DNA from: the human T2T-CHM13v2.0 reference genome, Homo sapiens
DNA: 64,000 bases
Strand: one strand, 5' to 3'
Assembly (NCBI RefSeq): GCF_009914755.1
Contig: NC_060947.1
The notes beneath the pieces are model-generated. The model was given only the letters and a program-made list of their open reading frames with translations. It made no database searches and was not told where the DNA came from. This document shows positions 14,693 to 29,500 of this stretch, in pieces; the first letter of the stretch is position 1, and every line of letters begins with the position of its first letter. Made by a program: the position numbers and the translations under genes.

Positions 14693-16359
14693 TTGGTCCC
14701 CTATCTTTTTGCTTGCATTGTTTCTGAAGAAAAATCTGCTGAAATCTTTATTTTTGTTCCTCTGTCCATAACATATAATTTTTCTGTGGCTGCTTTTAAG
14801 ATTTTCAATCTATATCTAGTTTTGAGCAGTTTATGATGTTCCTTGGTCTGATTTTTCTTAATATTTCTTGTGCTCGTTTATAATATTCTTGGATTCATGT
14901 GTTTCTAGTTTTTATGAAATTTGAAAAACTTTAGGTCATTATTTCCCTGTCTTTCTTCTGCCTCTGCTACTATAATCACACATTAGAATGCCTTAAGTTG
15001 GCCCACAGTCCACTGCTGTGCTCATTTTTTTTTCTTTATTCTTTTTCTTTGTCTTTTTTTTTTTTTTTTTACAATCTTCTTACTCTTAGAGCTTCATTTT
15101 GGGATTTCTATTGCTAATCTTTTCTTCTGCAAAGTCTAATCTCCCATGAATCACATTTAAGGTATTTTTCATCTCACCTCACACACTGTAGTTTTTATCA
15201 GAAGTCCAGTCTTTTCTTATCTTCCATATCTCTCATTAACTTTTTGATCATATGGAAGATAGTTATAATAGCTGTTTGATTGTCCTTGTCGGCTAATTAT
15301 AACATCTATGTCAGGTCTAGATCAGTTCCTATTGATTTTTTTTCCTCATTGTGAGTTGACGTTTCCTTTCCTATCCATGCCTGGTAATTTTTTTGCTGGA
15401 TGCCATACCTTGTGAATTTTACCTTTTTAAGTGCTGGATATTTATGTATCCCTATAGATATTCTTCAGCTTTTTTTCTAGGACATGGCTAAATTACTTGG
15501 AAACAGTTTGATCCTTTTAGGTCTCACTTTTGAAATTTGTTAGGTGGGATAACACCATGTTTCATCTAGGGTTAATTATTCCTCATTACTGAGGCAAGAA
15601 CGTTCTGGGTACAATAGTTCATGAATTATAAGACTTTGCAGACAATTTGTTGAGAATAGGCATTATTACTATCTTTGTGTACCAAGTGTTATTTCTTCTA
15701 ATCCTTTCAGGTGCTTCTTTCCCCAGTCTTGGGTAGTTTCCTTGCACACACGCACTGCTCAGTACTCAGCTAAATATGTGAGGAGCCCCCTACAGATCTT
15801 TGAAGTTCTATCTCTGTGCAGTTCTCTCCTCTCAAATAATGTGTCCTGTGAACTCTAGCTCCCTGGGTACTCTTCGACTCTTGGCCCTATCTCCTGTAGT
15901 GTAGTCATGGGGTCTGCTATATTCTACTTGGTTTACCTCTTCCCTCAACATTGGCAAGAAACTCTCCCTAGGCAGTAATCTAGGGCAAAAGTGAGGTTCA
16001 CCACTTTCCTCTTTCTCATGGATCACTCTCCTTCATTGCCTGAAGTCCAGTATCTTGAAAATAATTGTTTCATATATCTTGAACAGTTTTTTAGTTGTTT
16101 CAGGCAAGAGGATAAATCTGGTCCCCCATACTATATATCTTGGCTTGAAGCAGAACTCTAATGAACAGTAATACTTTTAAAAATCATTATTTCAAGAATA
16201 TTATTGATAATTTGGGTGCATTCCCCTCAGTGGCTTATTCTCATCACTACCTTGGAAGTCCTTCTGCAGCTTGAGGATACTCGAAATTGTGTGGATATCA
16301 ATTTAAAAGACTATTAGAAACCAGGAGTGGATTAAATTGTTAAATAACTTACAGAACAT

Positions 16360-16916
16360 TATGTATGTTGGACAACTCCTCTATACCATTCCAAAATCCT
16401 CTTAGCCTCTCCCTTTACTCCAGGCATTGCTGCAGCACCCAGTTCCATTCACACTTTGACTGGCTTCACATGGGTGCAATTGGACAGTGCCCCTCCTTGG
16501 CTGGTTCCATACACTTCTCACTTCCTTTCCTGGGGCTTGGGTCCATCACTAGGAACCTCCTCTGTATTAGACATAGACAACCAGAAAGTGTGAGGGAGTT
16601 TAACACACATGGAGCTGCTCTTGACCAATGGGGAACAGGGGCCAATAGATAACTGATTTCCTCCTTTGACTGTTGAGCAGACACTTCTGAGACTCATTTC
16701 TTAACACTTTACAAGAGATCCCAGGTGGAGTGAGCACCAATGTTCTATAGTGGTGGCCAACTCTATTTTTGCTTAGATTGACTCTTTTCCTCCTTCCCTG
16801 TTCCACTCTGCTTCTTGTGCACAACTGCTTCCTGGAATCACACCTCTAAATAAACTACCTGCCAACAAGACTTAATCTTTGGATCTGCTCTTAGGGGAAG
16901 CCAGCGTAATATGACA
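16360..16916 (+). mobile_element. ERVL solo LTR (LTR16-like)
   Basis: ctcttgaccaatggggaacagg, and a 3' end aataaactacctgcc...gatctgctcttaggggaagcc...gaca. Confidence 0.65.
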
Positions 16917-17259
16917 ACATAGAATATTGACATGTATATATGCATATATTAATCTAGTTTGGATGTAGTTATGCAATGATACTTTTGAAAACTAATGTGA
17001 AATAGTACCCACAGCAATTCTGAAAGTTCACTGAAAATAAATGGTTTTAAAAAATCAAATTTAAAATATCAAATCAAGCATTTATTGAGTGCTTACTATA
17101 TATAAGGCATCATGCTAAACACTGTGGAAACTAGCAAGAAGTAGAATTATCATGCATATGAAGCCAAAGAGAAAAATGTTTAGAACACTACCAACTAAAT
17201 TGCCACTAGAACTGGCACTAGAACTAGAACACTACCAACTAAAAATTATATAACTACTG

Positions 17260-17408
17260 TTTTTTTGTTTTGTTTTGTTTTTTGTTTTTGAGATGGAGTC
17301 TCACTGTGTCTCCCAGGTCTCGAATTCCTGGCCTCAAGTGATCCACCTGACTTGGCCTCCCAACGTCAAGTGGCTAGGATTACAGGTATGAGACACTGTG
17401 CCTGGCCC
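17260..17408 (-). mobile_element. Alu monomer (FLAM-like)
   Basis: (TTTTG)n tail plus a single antisense arm. Confidence 0.8.
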
Positions 17409-18165
17409 AGTCTTTCTCAAATCAATTGTGCCACATAACATAACTTAATTATGGTAGTGACTGTCCTATCATATTCATGATTCACAACCATATTCAAATG
17501 GGAAGGGATTATATAAAGGTATGGGTCACTGGCAGACATCTTAGAATTCTGCCCACCACATTCTTGTTCCCATCAGTCAGAGTCAAAAACTTTACTAATG
17601 ATGAAGAATTGGGTAGAGTACTAAGAAGGGTTTGCCTCAGTTTTGGGAAAAAATTAGCCCTTAACTAAAGGCTGCTCTTGTCTTGCCTAACAAAGCTTAA
17701 AAGCATGACCTTAAAGAAGGAAATTGTTTCCAAGTAACTTAACCATACCCTAGAACAAAGCTCACAACTGTTTAAGAGAATGCAAATATATTCAGCACAC
17801 CACAAAATAAAAGTCTAAATTTTGGCATCTAAAAAAAAATTAGCAAGCATGCAAAAAGCAGGAAGATATTATCCATAATGGGGAGAAAAATCACTCAAAA
17901 CAGACACGGAAATTGCTTAGATGATAAAATTAGTAGATAAGGATATTTGAACCATTATTATAACTTTATTCCATATATACATGAAGCTAGAGGAAAAACT
18001 GAGCATGTTAAGTAGGGACATTAAAGATATAAAAAGACCTAAATCTAATACCATGTACAGTACAAGATGAAAAATATAGTGGGTGGGATTAATGGCAGAT
18101 TAGATGTTACAGAAAAAATTATTAATGAACTTGAAAACTAAGCAAAAGACACTATCCAATATGAA

Positions 18166-18166
<1 letters not shown>

Positions 18167-18211
<45 letters not shown>
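18167..18211. repeat. (CA)n microsatellite
   Basis: About 22 CA units. Confidence 0.97.
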
Positions 18212-18214
<3 letters not shown>

Positions 18215-18289
18215 TGAGAAAAGGGTGAACAAAGCATCAGTGACCACGGGACAGCTTTAAGCAGCCTAATATATATGTAATAGGAGTCA

Positions 18290-18691
<402 letters not shown>

Positions 18692-19409
18692 CTAAGGAAC
18701 CAAGAAGCTCAACAAATCCCAAGCACAAGAAAACTAGCCCAAGGCTCATCATAAACAAATTGTTTAAAACTAGTGATAAATAGAAAATGTTGAAATTAGC
18801 CAAAGAGAAAACATATATTACATACAGAGGGACAAAAAAAAAGTTGACAGATTTCTCATGTGAAACAATGTAAGCCAGAAATAAGGGGAGCAATGTACTT
18901 AAAATATAGAAAGAAGAAACTTTCAACTTGGGCATTTATACCCTGTGAAAATATCTTTCTAAAATGAAAGCAAAATAAAGACATTTTAAGACATTTAAAA
19001 AGAAAGCAAAATAATTCATCACCAACTGACCCATACTACAAGAAATGTTAAACGAAGTATTTTAGGCACAAGAGAAATGATAGCAGATGGAAATATGGAT
19101 CTGCACAAAGGGTTAAAAAGCACAAGAAAGGGTAACTACATAGATAACTATATTAGTTTTTTCTTGCTATTTAAATCTCTTTAAAAGATAATTGACTATT
19201 AAATAAAAATAGCAATGCAGTGTGGGGCTTAAAACATATGAAAAGTAAGGTAATAATAGCACAAAATTTAATAGGGGAGAAATGGATGTATACTATTTTA
19301 AGATTACTATACTATACCATACATCATTGGAAGGTAGATAATGCTAAGTTAAAGGCATATACTGCAAACCCTAAAACAACCAATATAATAACAAATTGAA
19401 GAGTTACAA

Positions 19410-19555
19410 TGAAAGGGTCCAGAATAAGCCACTGTGGCATAAAAATTATTTTGAGCTGAAGGCATTTGAGCTCCTGAAAAACTTTCTCTGCCTAAAAGCA
19501 GTGCCTCCCAAAAGAACTCAATTGTCATAAATCCCCTCCCCAGGAGCAACTGTCT
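19410..19555 (+). mobile_element. MER34/MER39-group LTR 5' fragment
   Basis: tgaaagggtccagaataagccactgtggcataaaaattattttgagctgaaggca. Confidence 0.55.
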
Positions 19556-22117
19556 GCCAGATTGCTTCATTAGTAAATTCTACTAAATGTTTAAGGAAGA
19601 AATAATACCAATTCTATACAAACTCTTCCATAAAATTGAAAAGGAAAGAATATTTCCCAACTTATTCTATGAGGCCAACATTATCACGAAACCAAAACCA
19701 GACAAAGACATGACAAGAAAAGAAAACTGTGGATTAATGTCCTTCATAGATTTTCATAGGAGAAAAAGTTTAAACAAAATTTCAGCAAATTTAGTCCAGC
19801 AATTTATAAGAAGGGTAACACATCATGACCTAATAGGGTTTATTCCAGTAATGCACAGTTGGTTTCAAAATTTTAATATTCAAAATTCAATGTCACTTTC
19901 AATCAAAAAGTGGACAAAGGATTCAAGTAGTCATTTCTCTAAAGAAAATTTACAAATGGCCAAAAAACACAGAAAAGATGCTTAACATCATTAGTCTTTA
20001 GGGAAATACAAATCAAACGAGCTACCAGTTCACATGCAGCAGGATAGCTATTTTAAAAAATGGAAAATAACATGTGTTGGTGAAGATGTGAAGACAGTGG
20101 AACCCTCATACCTTTAAGGTGGGAATATGAAATAGTTCAGTCACTATGGAAAACAATTTGGCAGTTCCTCAAAAAGTTAAATGGAGAATGACTATATGAC
20201 CCTAGACTTCTACTCCTAGGTATATACTCAAAAGAACTGAAAACTAGTACTCAAACAAAATACATGTGCACGTATGTTTATATAGCAACACTATTCATAA
20301 AAGCCAAAAGGTGAAAAGAACCCAAATGTCCACTGATGCGTGAATGGATATACAAATTGTGGTATATCCATACAATGAAATATTGTTCAGCCACAAAAAG
20401 AAATGAAGTAGCAATACATGCTACAACATGGATGACCAAAAACATTATGCTAAGCGAAAGAAGCCAGATACAAAGGTCACATACTGTATGATTCCATTTA
20501 TATGAAATATTTAGAGTAAGTAAACTCATAAAGACAGAAAGGAGATTACTGGTTGCCAGGGGGCTGAGGGCAAGAGGTATAGAGAGTGACTCCTTCACAG
20601 GTATGGGGTTTCCTTTTGTGGTGATAAAAATATTTTGGAACTAGAGGTGGTGGTAGCACAACATTGTGAATGTACTAAATGCCACCATATTTTACAATTT
20701 AAAATGGTTAATTTTATATGAATTTTATCTTAATAAAAAAACATTTAAAAATTAGTCATTTAAATAATTACTATATTTAAAAAGAAAAATATGATTATCT
20801 TAACAGATGCAGCAAAATGTTTAACAAAATCCAAAATCCATTCCTGATAAAATCTCTCAGCAAAATAGAAATAGAAGGGAGCTTGCTAAGCCTGATAAAG
20901 GTTGTCTACTAACATCCTACAGCTAACATTATACTTAATGTTGAAACACTGAATGCTTTCCTTCTAAGTTCAGTGACAAGAAAGGGATGTCCACCCTCAT
21001 CATCTCTATTCAGTGTTGTACTGGAAGTTCTAGCCAGTGCAATAAGACAAGAAAAGGAAATAAAAGGAATCCATATTTGAAATGAAGAAGTAAAACTTTA
21101 TTCATGGACTAATATCATCTATATGAAAAATCTGATCATCTATGATTGTCTTTGTATTGTCCATGTGAAAAATCTGATGATGTCTAAAAAAAAGCTGCAA
21201 GACTAATAAATGAGTTTATTAAGGTTGAAGGATACAAGATCAATGTATAAAAATCAAATAAATTAAAAATGTATTTTATCTTCTAGCAACAAACAATCAA
21301 AAATTAAAACTTTCAAAAATTACCATTTACATTGGCATTAACAAATTTGAAATACTTAGCAAGGAATCTGTCAAATATGTGCAATACCTGCTCACTGGAA
21401 ACTACAAAACATTGCTGAGATAAAGAAGCCTTAAATAAACAGAGTGATATACTGTGTTCATGGGCCAGAAGACTCAATATTATTAAGATAACAATTCTCT
21501 TCAAATTGGTCTGTAGATTCAGTACAATCCCAATAAAAATCCCTAGCATGATTTTAGGATTGACCAGCTGATACATAAGAAATTGTAAAAGATCTAGAAT
21601 AGCAAAAACTACTATGCAAAGAACAAAGTTGGAGAATTAATGCTACTGATTTCAAGGCTTATTAAAAAGCTATAGTAAACAAGACAGTGTCGCATTAATG
21701 TAAAGATCAGCACATAAATCAGTAGAACAGAATAGAAAATCCAGAAATAGATCCACACATAATTGACAACTGATTTTCTGCAACGGTCAATTCCCTGGAG
21801 ACATGTTAATCTTTTCAACAAATGATGCTATAACAATTGGATATCCATATACCAAAAAAAAATAAACTTGGAGCCATACTTTGTACTGTACACAAAAATG
21901 AACTTGAAATGGATTATAGACTTAAATGAAAAACCTAAAACTTCAAAACTTCTAGAAGGAAACACAGAAAAAAACCTCTGTGAACTTGGTTTATACAAAG
22001 ATTTACTAAGTATAACACCAACAACATAATCCATGAAAGAATAAATTAATAAAATAGACTTCATCAGAATTAAAACCTTTTGCCTTCCAAAAGACCCTGT
22101 TAAGAAAATGTAAAGAC

Positions 22118-23315
<1,198 letters not shown>

Positions 23316-23441
23316 GTAAAGACAACTATAGTCCGAGATAAAATATTTGGAAATCACACATCAGATAAAAAGCCTGTGTTCAGAACATATAAGGAACTCT
23401 CAAAACTCAATCAGAAGAATAGAAACAATCACAATGAGCTA

Positions 23442-23776
23442 CAGTCTTTCCTTGATATCTGTGGACGATTGGCTCCAGGACCTCCTGCAGATACCCAAAT
23501 TTGTGGATGCTCAAGTCCCTGATATACAAAGTGGCATAGGAGTTTACATATAACCTGTACACGTCCTCCCATATACCTTAAATCATCTCTAGATTACTTA
23601 TAATACCTAATACAATGTAAGCACCATGTAAATAGTTGTTATACTGCATTGTTTAGAAAATGACAAGGCAAAAACGTCTGTGCATGTCAGTACAAATGCA
23701 ATTTTTAAAAAATGTTTTCTACCTGCAGTTGGTTGAATCAACATATGTGGAACCCATGGAGATGAACAATTGACTG
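23442..23776. mobile_element. MER2 (Tigger-family MITE)
   Basis: TA-flanked cagtc...gactg ends. Internal ttaaatcatctctagattacttataatacctaatacaatgtaa. Confidence 0.8.
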
Positions 23777-23830
23777 TACTACTACACAGCTATTAGAATG
23801 GCTAAAATTTGAAAGATTAACCATAACAAG

Positions 23831-24405
23831 TGTAGGGGTAGAAATGTGTACTACCTTTCCTCACGGTAAGAGTCATGGCCAACACTCCTATAACAAAAGA
23901 CAGGTTAACAAGAAAAAAGCATAACAAATTTATTTAATCAAGGTTCTATGTGACATGGGAGCCTTCAGACCCAAAGACCCAGGACAAACTGTCTATTTTT
24001 ATGCTTAGGTTTGATGAAGAATGGACAGCTGTGTGGAAATGTGATTGGACAAAAAGGTACAATCTAATGGTAATGGACTGAAGGGGGAAGCTCAGTAAGG
24101 CCTGTTCATTCATATGCTTTTTGGCCTCTTTGTGTAGCATTTCTTTCCTCTGGGTATAAGACAGGACACTTGTCACATGAGGGTCTCCAAGGGAAAAGGG
24201 GGAAGGTCAGAGAACGACCTTTCTAGGTTCTATGACCTGCATTGGGGAAGAGGAATTCTGGTTTCTATGACACTTTTCTAGGAGAAAACCGGGGATAGAG
24301 AGAGGAGGGCAGGAGAGGGTCAGAGAGACGTTGCCTTTGAGGACTTCAAACCTCCTTTAAAGTACTCAGCACATCAAGGTACTAAACTTTGGGGTATTGT
24401 GTTTT
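23831..24405 (-). mobile_element. MER39/MER34-group LTR
   Basis: aacaaaagacaggttaacaagaaaaaagcataacaaatttatttaa...aagtactcagcac...tttggggtattgtg. Confidence 0.6.
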
Positions 24406-24632
24406 TGTTACTGGAAAGGGGTCCCAATCCAGATGCCAAGAGAGGGTTCTTGGACTTCATGCAAGGAAGAATTTAGGATGAGTCCATAAAGTGAAAGCAA
24501 GTTTATTAAGAAAGTAAAGAATAAAAGAATAGCTACTCTATTGGCAGAGCAGTGGCATGGGCTGCTCGACTGAGTATACTTAGAGTTATTTCTTGATAAT
24601 ATGCTAAACAAGGGATGGATTATTCATGAGTT

Positions 24633-24641
24633 TTCTGGGAA
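24633..24641. promoter_or_regulatory. GAS (STAT) motif TTCTGGGAA within MER41B
   Basis: Matches TTCNNNGAA. The partner site at 24654-24662 is degenerate (TTCCCAGAC). Motif only, no functional data. Confidence 0.45.
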
Positions 24642-24717
24642 AGGAATGGAGATTTCCCAGACCTGGGGGTCCCTCCCCTTTTTAGACCATATAGGGTAAC
24701 TTTCGGATGTTGACATG

Positions 24718-25078
24718 TTTATTAGTCCATTTTTACGCTGCTGTGAAGAAATACCTGAGACTGGGTAATATATAAAGGGAAGAGGTTTAATTGACTCACA
24801 GTTCCCCATTGCTGGGGAGGCCTTAGGAAACTTACAATCATGGTGTAAGGCAAAGGAGAAGCAGGCACCTTCTTCACATGGCGGCAGGACGGAGTGAGTG
24901 CAAGCAGGAGAAATGCCAGATCTCTTGAGAACTGATTCACTATCATGAGAACAGCATGGGGGAAACTGTCTCTCATGATCCAATTATCTCCACCTGGTCC
25001 TGTCCTTGACACGTGGGGATTATAGGGATTACAACTCAAGGTGAGATTTAGGTGGGGACACAGAACCAAACCATATCA
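24718..25078 (-). mobile_element. THE1 (C/D-like) MaLR solo LTR
   Basis: tattagtcc...gagactgggtaat...ggggacacagaaccaaaccatatca, 361 bp. 5-bp TSD ACATG/CCATG. Confidence 0.88.
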
Positions 25079-25185
25079 CCATGGCCTTTGTAAGCTGTCC
25101 TGGCACTGGTGGGAGTGTCTTCTAGCATGCTAATGCATTATAATTGGCATATAATGAGCAGTGGTGATGACCAGAGGTCACTTTC

Positions 25186-25489
25186 TTTTTTTATTATACT
25201 TTAAGCTCTAGGGTACATGTGCACAATGTGCAGGTTTGTTACATATGTACATATGTGCCATGTTGGTGTGCTGCACCCATTAACTCGTCATTTACATTAG
25301 GTGTATCTCCTAATGCTATCCCTCTCCCCTCCCCCCACCCCACGACGGGCCCCGGTGTGTGATGTTCCCCTTCCTGTGTCCAAGTGTTCTCATTGTTCAA
25401 TTCCCACCTATAAGTGAGAACATGCAGTGTTTGGTTTCTTGTCCTTGCGACAGTTTGCTAAGCAGGATGGGACATGGATGAAGCTGGAA
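25186..25489 (-). mobile_element. Short L1PA (about PA5-6) 3' fragment with a micro-inversion
   Basis: Poly-T plus antisense L1 3' UTR. 16-bp TSD ACCAGAGGTCACTTTC at 25170-25185 and 25490-25505. Confidence 0.92.
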
Positions 25490-25984
25490 ACCAGAGGTCA
25501 CTTTCATCACCATCTTGGTTTTGGTGGATTTTGGCCAGCTTCTTTACCACATCCTGTTTTATCAGTAAGGTCTCTGTGACCTGTTTCTTCTGCTGACCTC
25601 CTATCTCATCCTGTGACTAAGAATGCCTAACCTCCTGGGAATGCAGCCCAATAGGTTTCGGCCTTATTTTGCCCAGCCCCTATTCAAGATGGAGTCGCTC
25701 TAGTTCAAATGTCTCTGACACTCCTAAGTCAGGCTTTCAGTTATTTACAGCTCATTAAGTTAGGACTCAAAGGAGGAAGGCAGCCTCAGGCCAAATTTAG
25801 TTTAATTTAACAATTTATTATCTTGATTGGGGTGATGTATCATGGGTATATACATATACCAACTCATCAAATTGTATACTTAAATATGTGCAGTTCACTG
25901 TTAAGTCAATAAAGCTGGTTTTTAGAAAGTTATTACTGTTAGTAATATGCCAGGCACTATGGTTCTCAGACAACATGCCTCCCC

Positions 25985-26530
25985 TGGGTAATCTTATCCG
26001 AACTCACAATTACCATCCATACTCTGATGATTCCCAAATATGCATCTCCAGCCCAGGCCATTCTGCTGAGATTCAGACCTGTTAATCCAGCTGCCTTAAC
26101 ATGGCCACTTATCAGTTCCGCAAGCACCCTAATTCAGCATGCCCAAGGCAGAATTTTTGATATTCTCCCTTCACTTGATTTTTCTCTCATGTATCCCAGC
26201 ACAATGAAAGGCAACACCATCTATCCAGCTGTGAAAATGACCCAGTCATAATTTTGATTTCTTCTCCCTCATCTCCAACATCCCAAATGCATCGTGAATC
26301 CCTCCACTTCTCACCAACATTACATTAATCCAAACTACCCATCACTTCTCTGGCAACAGTCTCCTAATCAGTCTTCTTGCCGCCAAACACACTCTTAGAG
26401 TTCACACACACAAAGCAGCCAGAGATTTTTAAATACAGACATGATCTTTCCATTCCCCAGATTAAAATATTTCAGAAACTTCTCATTCCCTTGGGATGAA
26501 GTGCAAACTCTTCAACATGAGTCACACACA
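25985..26530. mobile_element. L2 fragment
   Basis: ctgatgattcccaaatatgcatctccagccca...aaaggcaacaccatctatccagctg. Confidence 0.7.
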
Positions 26531-29500
26531 AGGTGGTCCCTATTTTTGTCCCGACTCCCCTCTAAAATGGTCATCTTTTGCCACTTCCCTTCTCACTCTC
26601 CTAGCTCCAGTCATAGTTAAAACTGGGGGTATTCGCAGGCGCCTGAAATGGCCGTTCAGCTCCTGTTCTTTATTCAACGGGTGGCCTCACAGCAATAATG
26701 ACCAGTGGTAGCACAGGAGAAAAAAGCAGGCAAAAGTAATGTTATCAAGTTCCTATTTCAGTCAGAGGTTCTTGTTGTATAGGCAAAGTAGGAAAAAAGA
26801 AACACAAAGATGACTTTGGTGGAAGTATTTCTAAAGGAGAATGCATTTTTATGTTTTCACCAAGCTATCAGCTCCTCTGGATTTTAATATTATAGTGGGG
26901 TCATAACAAGCTTTCCTCTATTGTTGGCTTTACACAGATGCAAAGTGGTGCTCAGGAAGCTAGGAGACTGATGAATAGTGGGTTTGATGTATTTGAATCA
27001 TTCAGCACTTTGAGTTAAATGTGCATATTCTGTTCAAAATAGACAATGGGGAGGGGCAGTCCCCCCTTTCCCTCTCTAACTTGCATAACATCAGGCCTCA
27101 CTGCTTTAACTAATGAGTATTTAGAAGTAAAGGCTCCTACTGATTCCAGCGAGTCATTAATTCTCTGCTTGCAGAGCCACTGTGGAGTTTTTCATCGGCC
27201 ACATTTTTTTAGCTTTTACCAAGTTGCTTCTGAGCAGCAGTGCTGACCCCGGGCTCCTGTGTGTACCACACACCAGACACATAATGGGCTTGAAAGTCCC
27301 CTTGCAAGGAATTTTACTGGGGACCAGGAACAAATTACAAAGAAGATGCATATTCTAGCCACTCTGTTGACAAAGATGTCTCAGAACTCTTAGTTTTAGG
27401 GAACTTAATTGACCTTGAATGAAAATGTATATTTAAACCAATATGTATAACCTGGTAGAATAAGCGGAGGAGGTGAGTTACAAAATTCTCTTAAACTAAT
27501 TGCACAGTCAGCCCTACCCTTTGTAATAATGAATGTTTGCTCCATTATCGCTCCAGGTTTATTATTTTCTAAACAGCCTCATTGATCTTGCCTCAGTGGG
27601 CTTTCCATTTTTACACATTACATTCTCTTGGGAATTGAAAAGCACGGTGTCTCTGAAGATGCTCAGTCAACTTGAAAACACTCATTTTTGAAAAGGTCTT
27701 AACCTGCCTTCAACTTGAAGCAATTCAGACTTTGCCCAAACAAACATTAGAGCAGAGACACATCACTCGTGTATATGTTTCTACCATCACTGGGAAGCTG
27801 TTTGTCTGAAAGGTCATTTACAGACCGTTTTTTAGGGTATTGAAAATTCAGGGATCTATACTCATAACTAAAATGAATGTACATGTAATTGAGAGCATGG
27901 CACTTTATTATAATGGATTCTGCATTATTCAATATCATAAATATTTTGTGGAAGGCCCTATTTCGTTATGACTCCAACTACTAAACTTATAGCAAAATCA
28001 TAATGTGTGGTGGAAGGGAAAGGAGAAAGAAGAAATAAATAGAAAAGGCTAGGAAGCAACCCCAACTCAAGATAAATTCCAGTTGGAAAGGCAAGAGTTT
28101 TGTGTTTTGTATTGATTTGAGATTTCATTTTACTCATCAATAATGCCCTATTTGAAAGAAGGAAGGGCAATTTAAATATTCTAAACTCATGACTGAGGGG
28201 TCCATAAAGCCTGGAAGCTCTATGACTCCAAATAATCAAACTTCAAATACTCTAGCGTTTAAAAAAAAAAAAATAACAAGAATAGTATATTTGTCAGTAA
28301 TTGAACCAAAGGCAATACAGGAAATAAAGTAGGCAAAATGTTTAAACTATTATAATGCTTGAAAGTTACAAATCTCCCCTCTGTTGTCTAAAATTTTAAC
28401 CATTTTAGTAAACTTAAGCTAAAGTAAACCAACAGACTTACCCACATTACTTTTCAAGTGGTTAGGTAAAAAAGGTAATAAAAGGCAAATAAGTACTGCA
28501 AATTAATCCTCTGCTGGCGACATCATACCTCACAACAGTGCCTCAGCAAACCACTTAATGTGAACTTCAACAGCTTTTAATCAGTTTTGTATGAAAAGAC
28601 ATGATTTGATTTGGGTTTTCAAATGGCTTTATCAATCATTCCCACAGTTCCAAGAATACTAAATAACAATTAGTTCTTAGGACAAAAGGTTTGCCTATAT
28701 TAACCTTCAACTCACCCAGACATCCAAAGGTGGCACTTGCTTTTTCATCAAAATGAGATCATGTTAGCAGCTGAAAATATAAGTATATGGAAAGGTTGTG
28801 AAACTTCTTTCAAATTATTACCCTGGAACAATGACAATAGTTGGGATTTCTCTTTTGCAGAGGGAAGAGAAGAGGCAGAAATTCCAGTCCTCCTCCCCCC
28901 AAAATTTTAGTCTCGGGATTTATTTGTGCTGAAAGCCAGAGTTATCTACTGCTTGAAACCTAAGCAGAATGCATCAGCATTTCAGGACCACCTGGGACCA
29001 AGGGGGGCTGGGAGACTTCCAGATGGATTGTAAGACAATTCACTGATATTTACATAACGAGAATAAATGTTTTTCCTAAGATAGCATTTCCCTTCAGTGT
29101 CTTGAGACCACCAGCAAAAGAGGGAGGTACAGAAATTCTATTACATTAATAGTCTTTGTTTTTATGGCTTTGGCATTTATTAACTAGTGGGAGCTGTTTA
29201 TTGGGTCATAAACTTTACTAATGGGGATATTATCTCTAAATTATAAATCTTGTCCAGTATATGGCTTAGTTATAAAAAGAATAATTATTTAAAGTGTCTG
29301 TATGGCTGCAACGTATCATGTTTATCGGCATGAATCCTATAATGGCCATTTCATTGCTAATTGTGGGCTTGAACCAGAAACAACCAGGGCAGTAACACAC
29401 ATCTATGCAATAGAATAAGCAGTTGTCACCCCACAACTCAGGAGCATTGTCATTGGTTTGCTTCCTTTCTTTTTCTCCCCCCACTTCTCAAATGAACTAC

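Larger units (their letters stand above)
24406..25720 (-). mobile_element. MER41B-like ERV1 solo LTR interrupted by THE1 and L1PA
   Basis: Minus-strand start tgtcagagacatttgaactagagcgactccatcttgaataggggctggg and end ...cccctttccagtaaca. Retains the tandem-GAS segment that characterises MER41B. Confidence 0.85.

Noticed and set aside
28720-28740. CTCF-like TCCAAAGGTGGCAC
   Set aside because: Mismatches in the core, so it cannot be supported without ChIP data.
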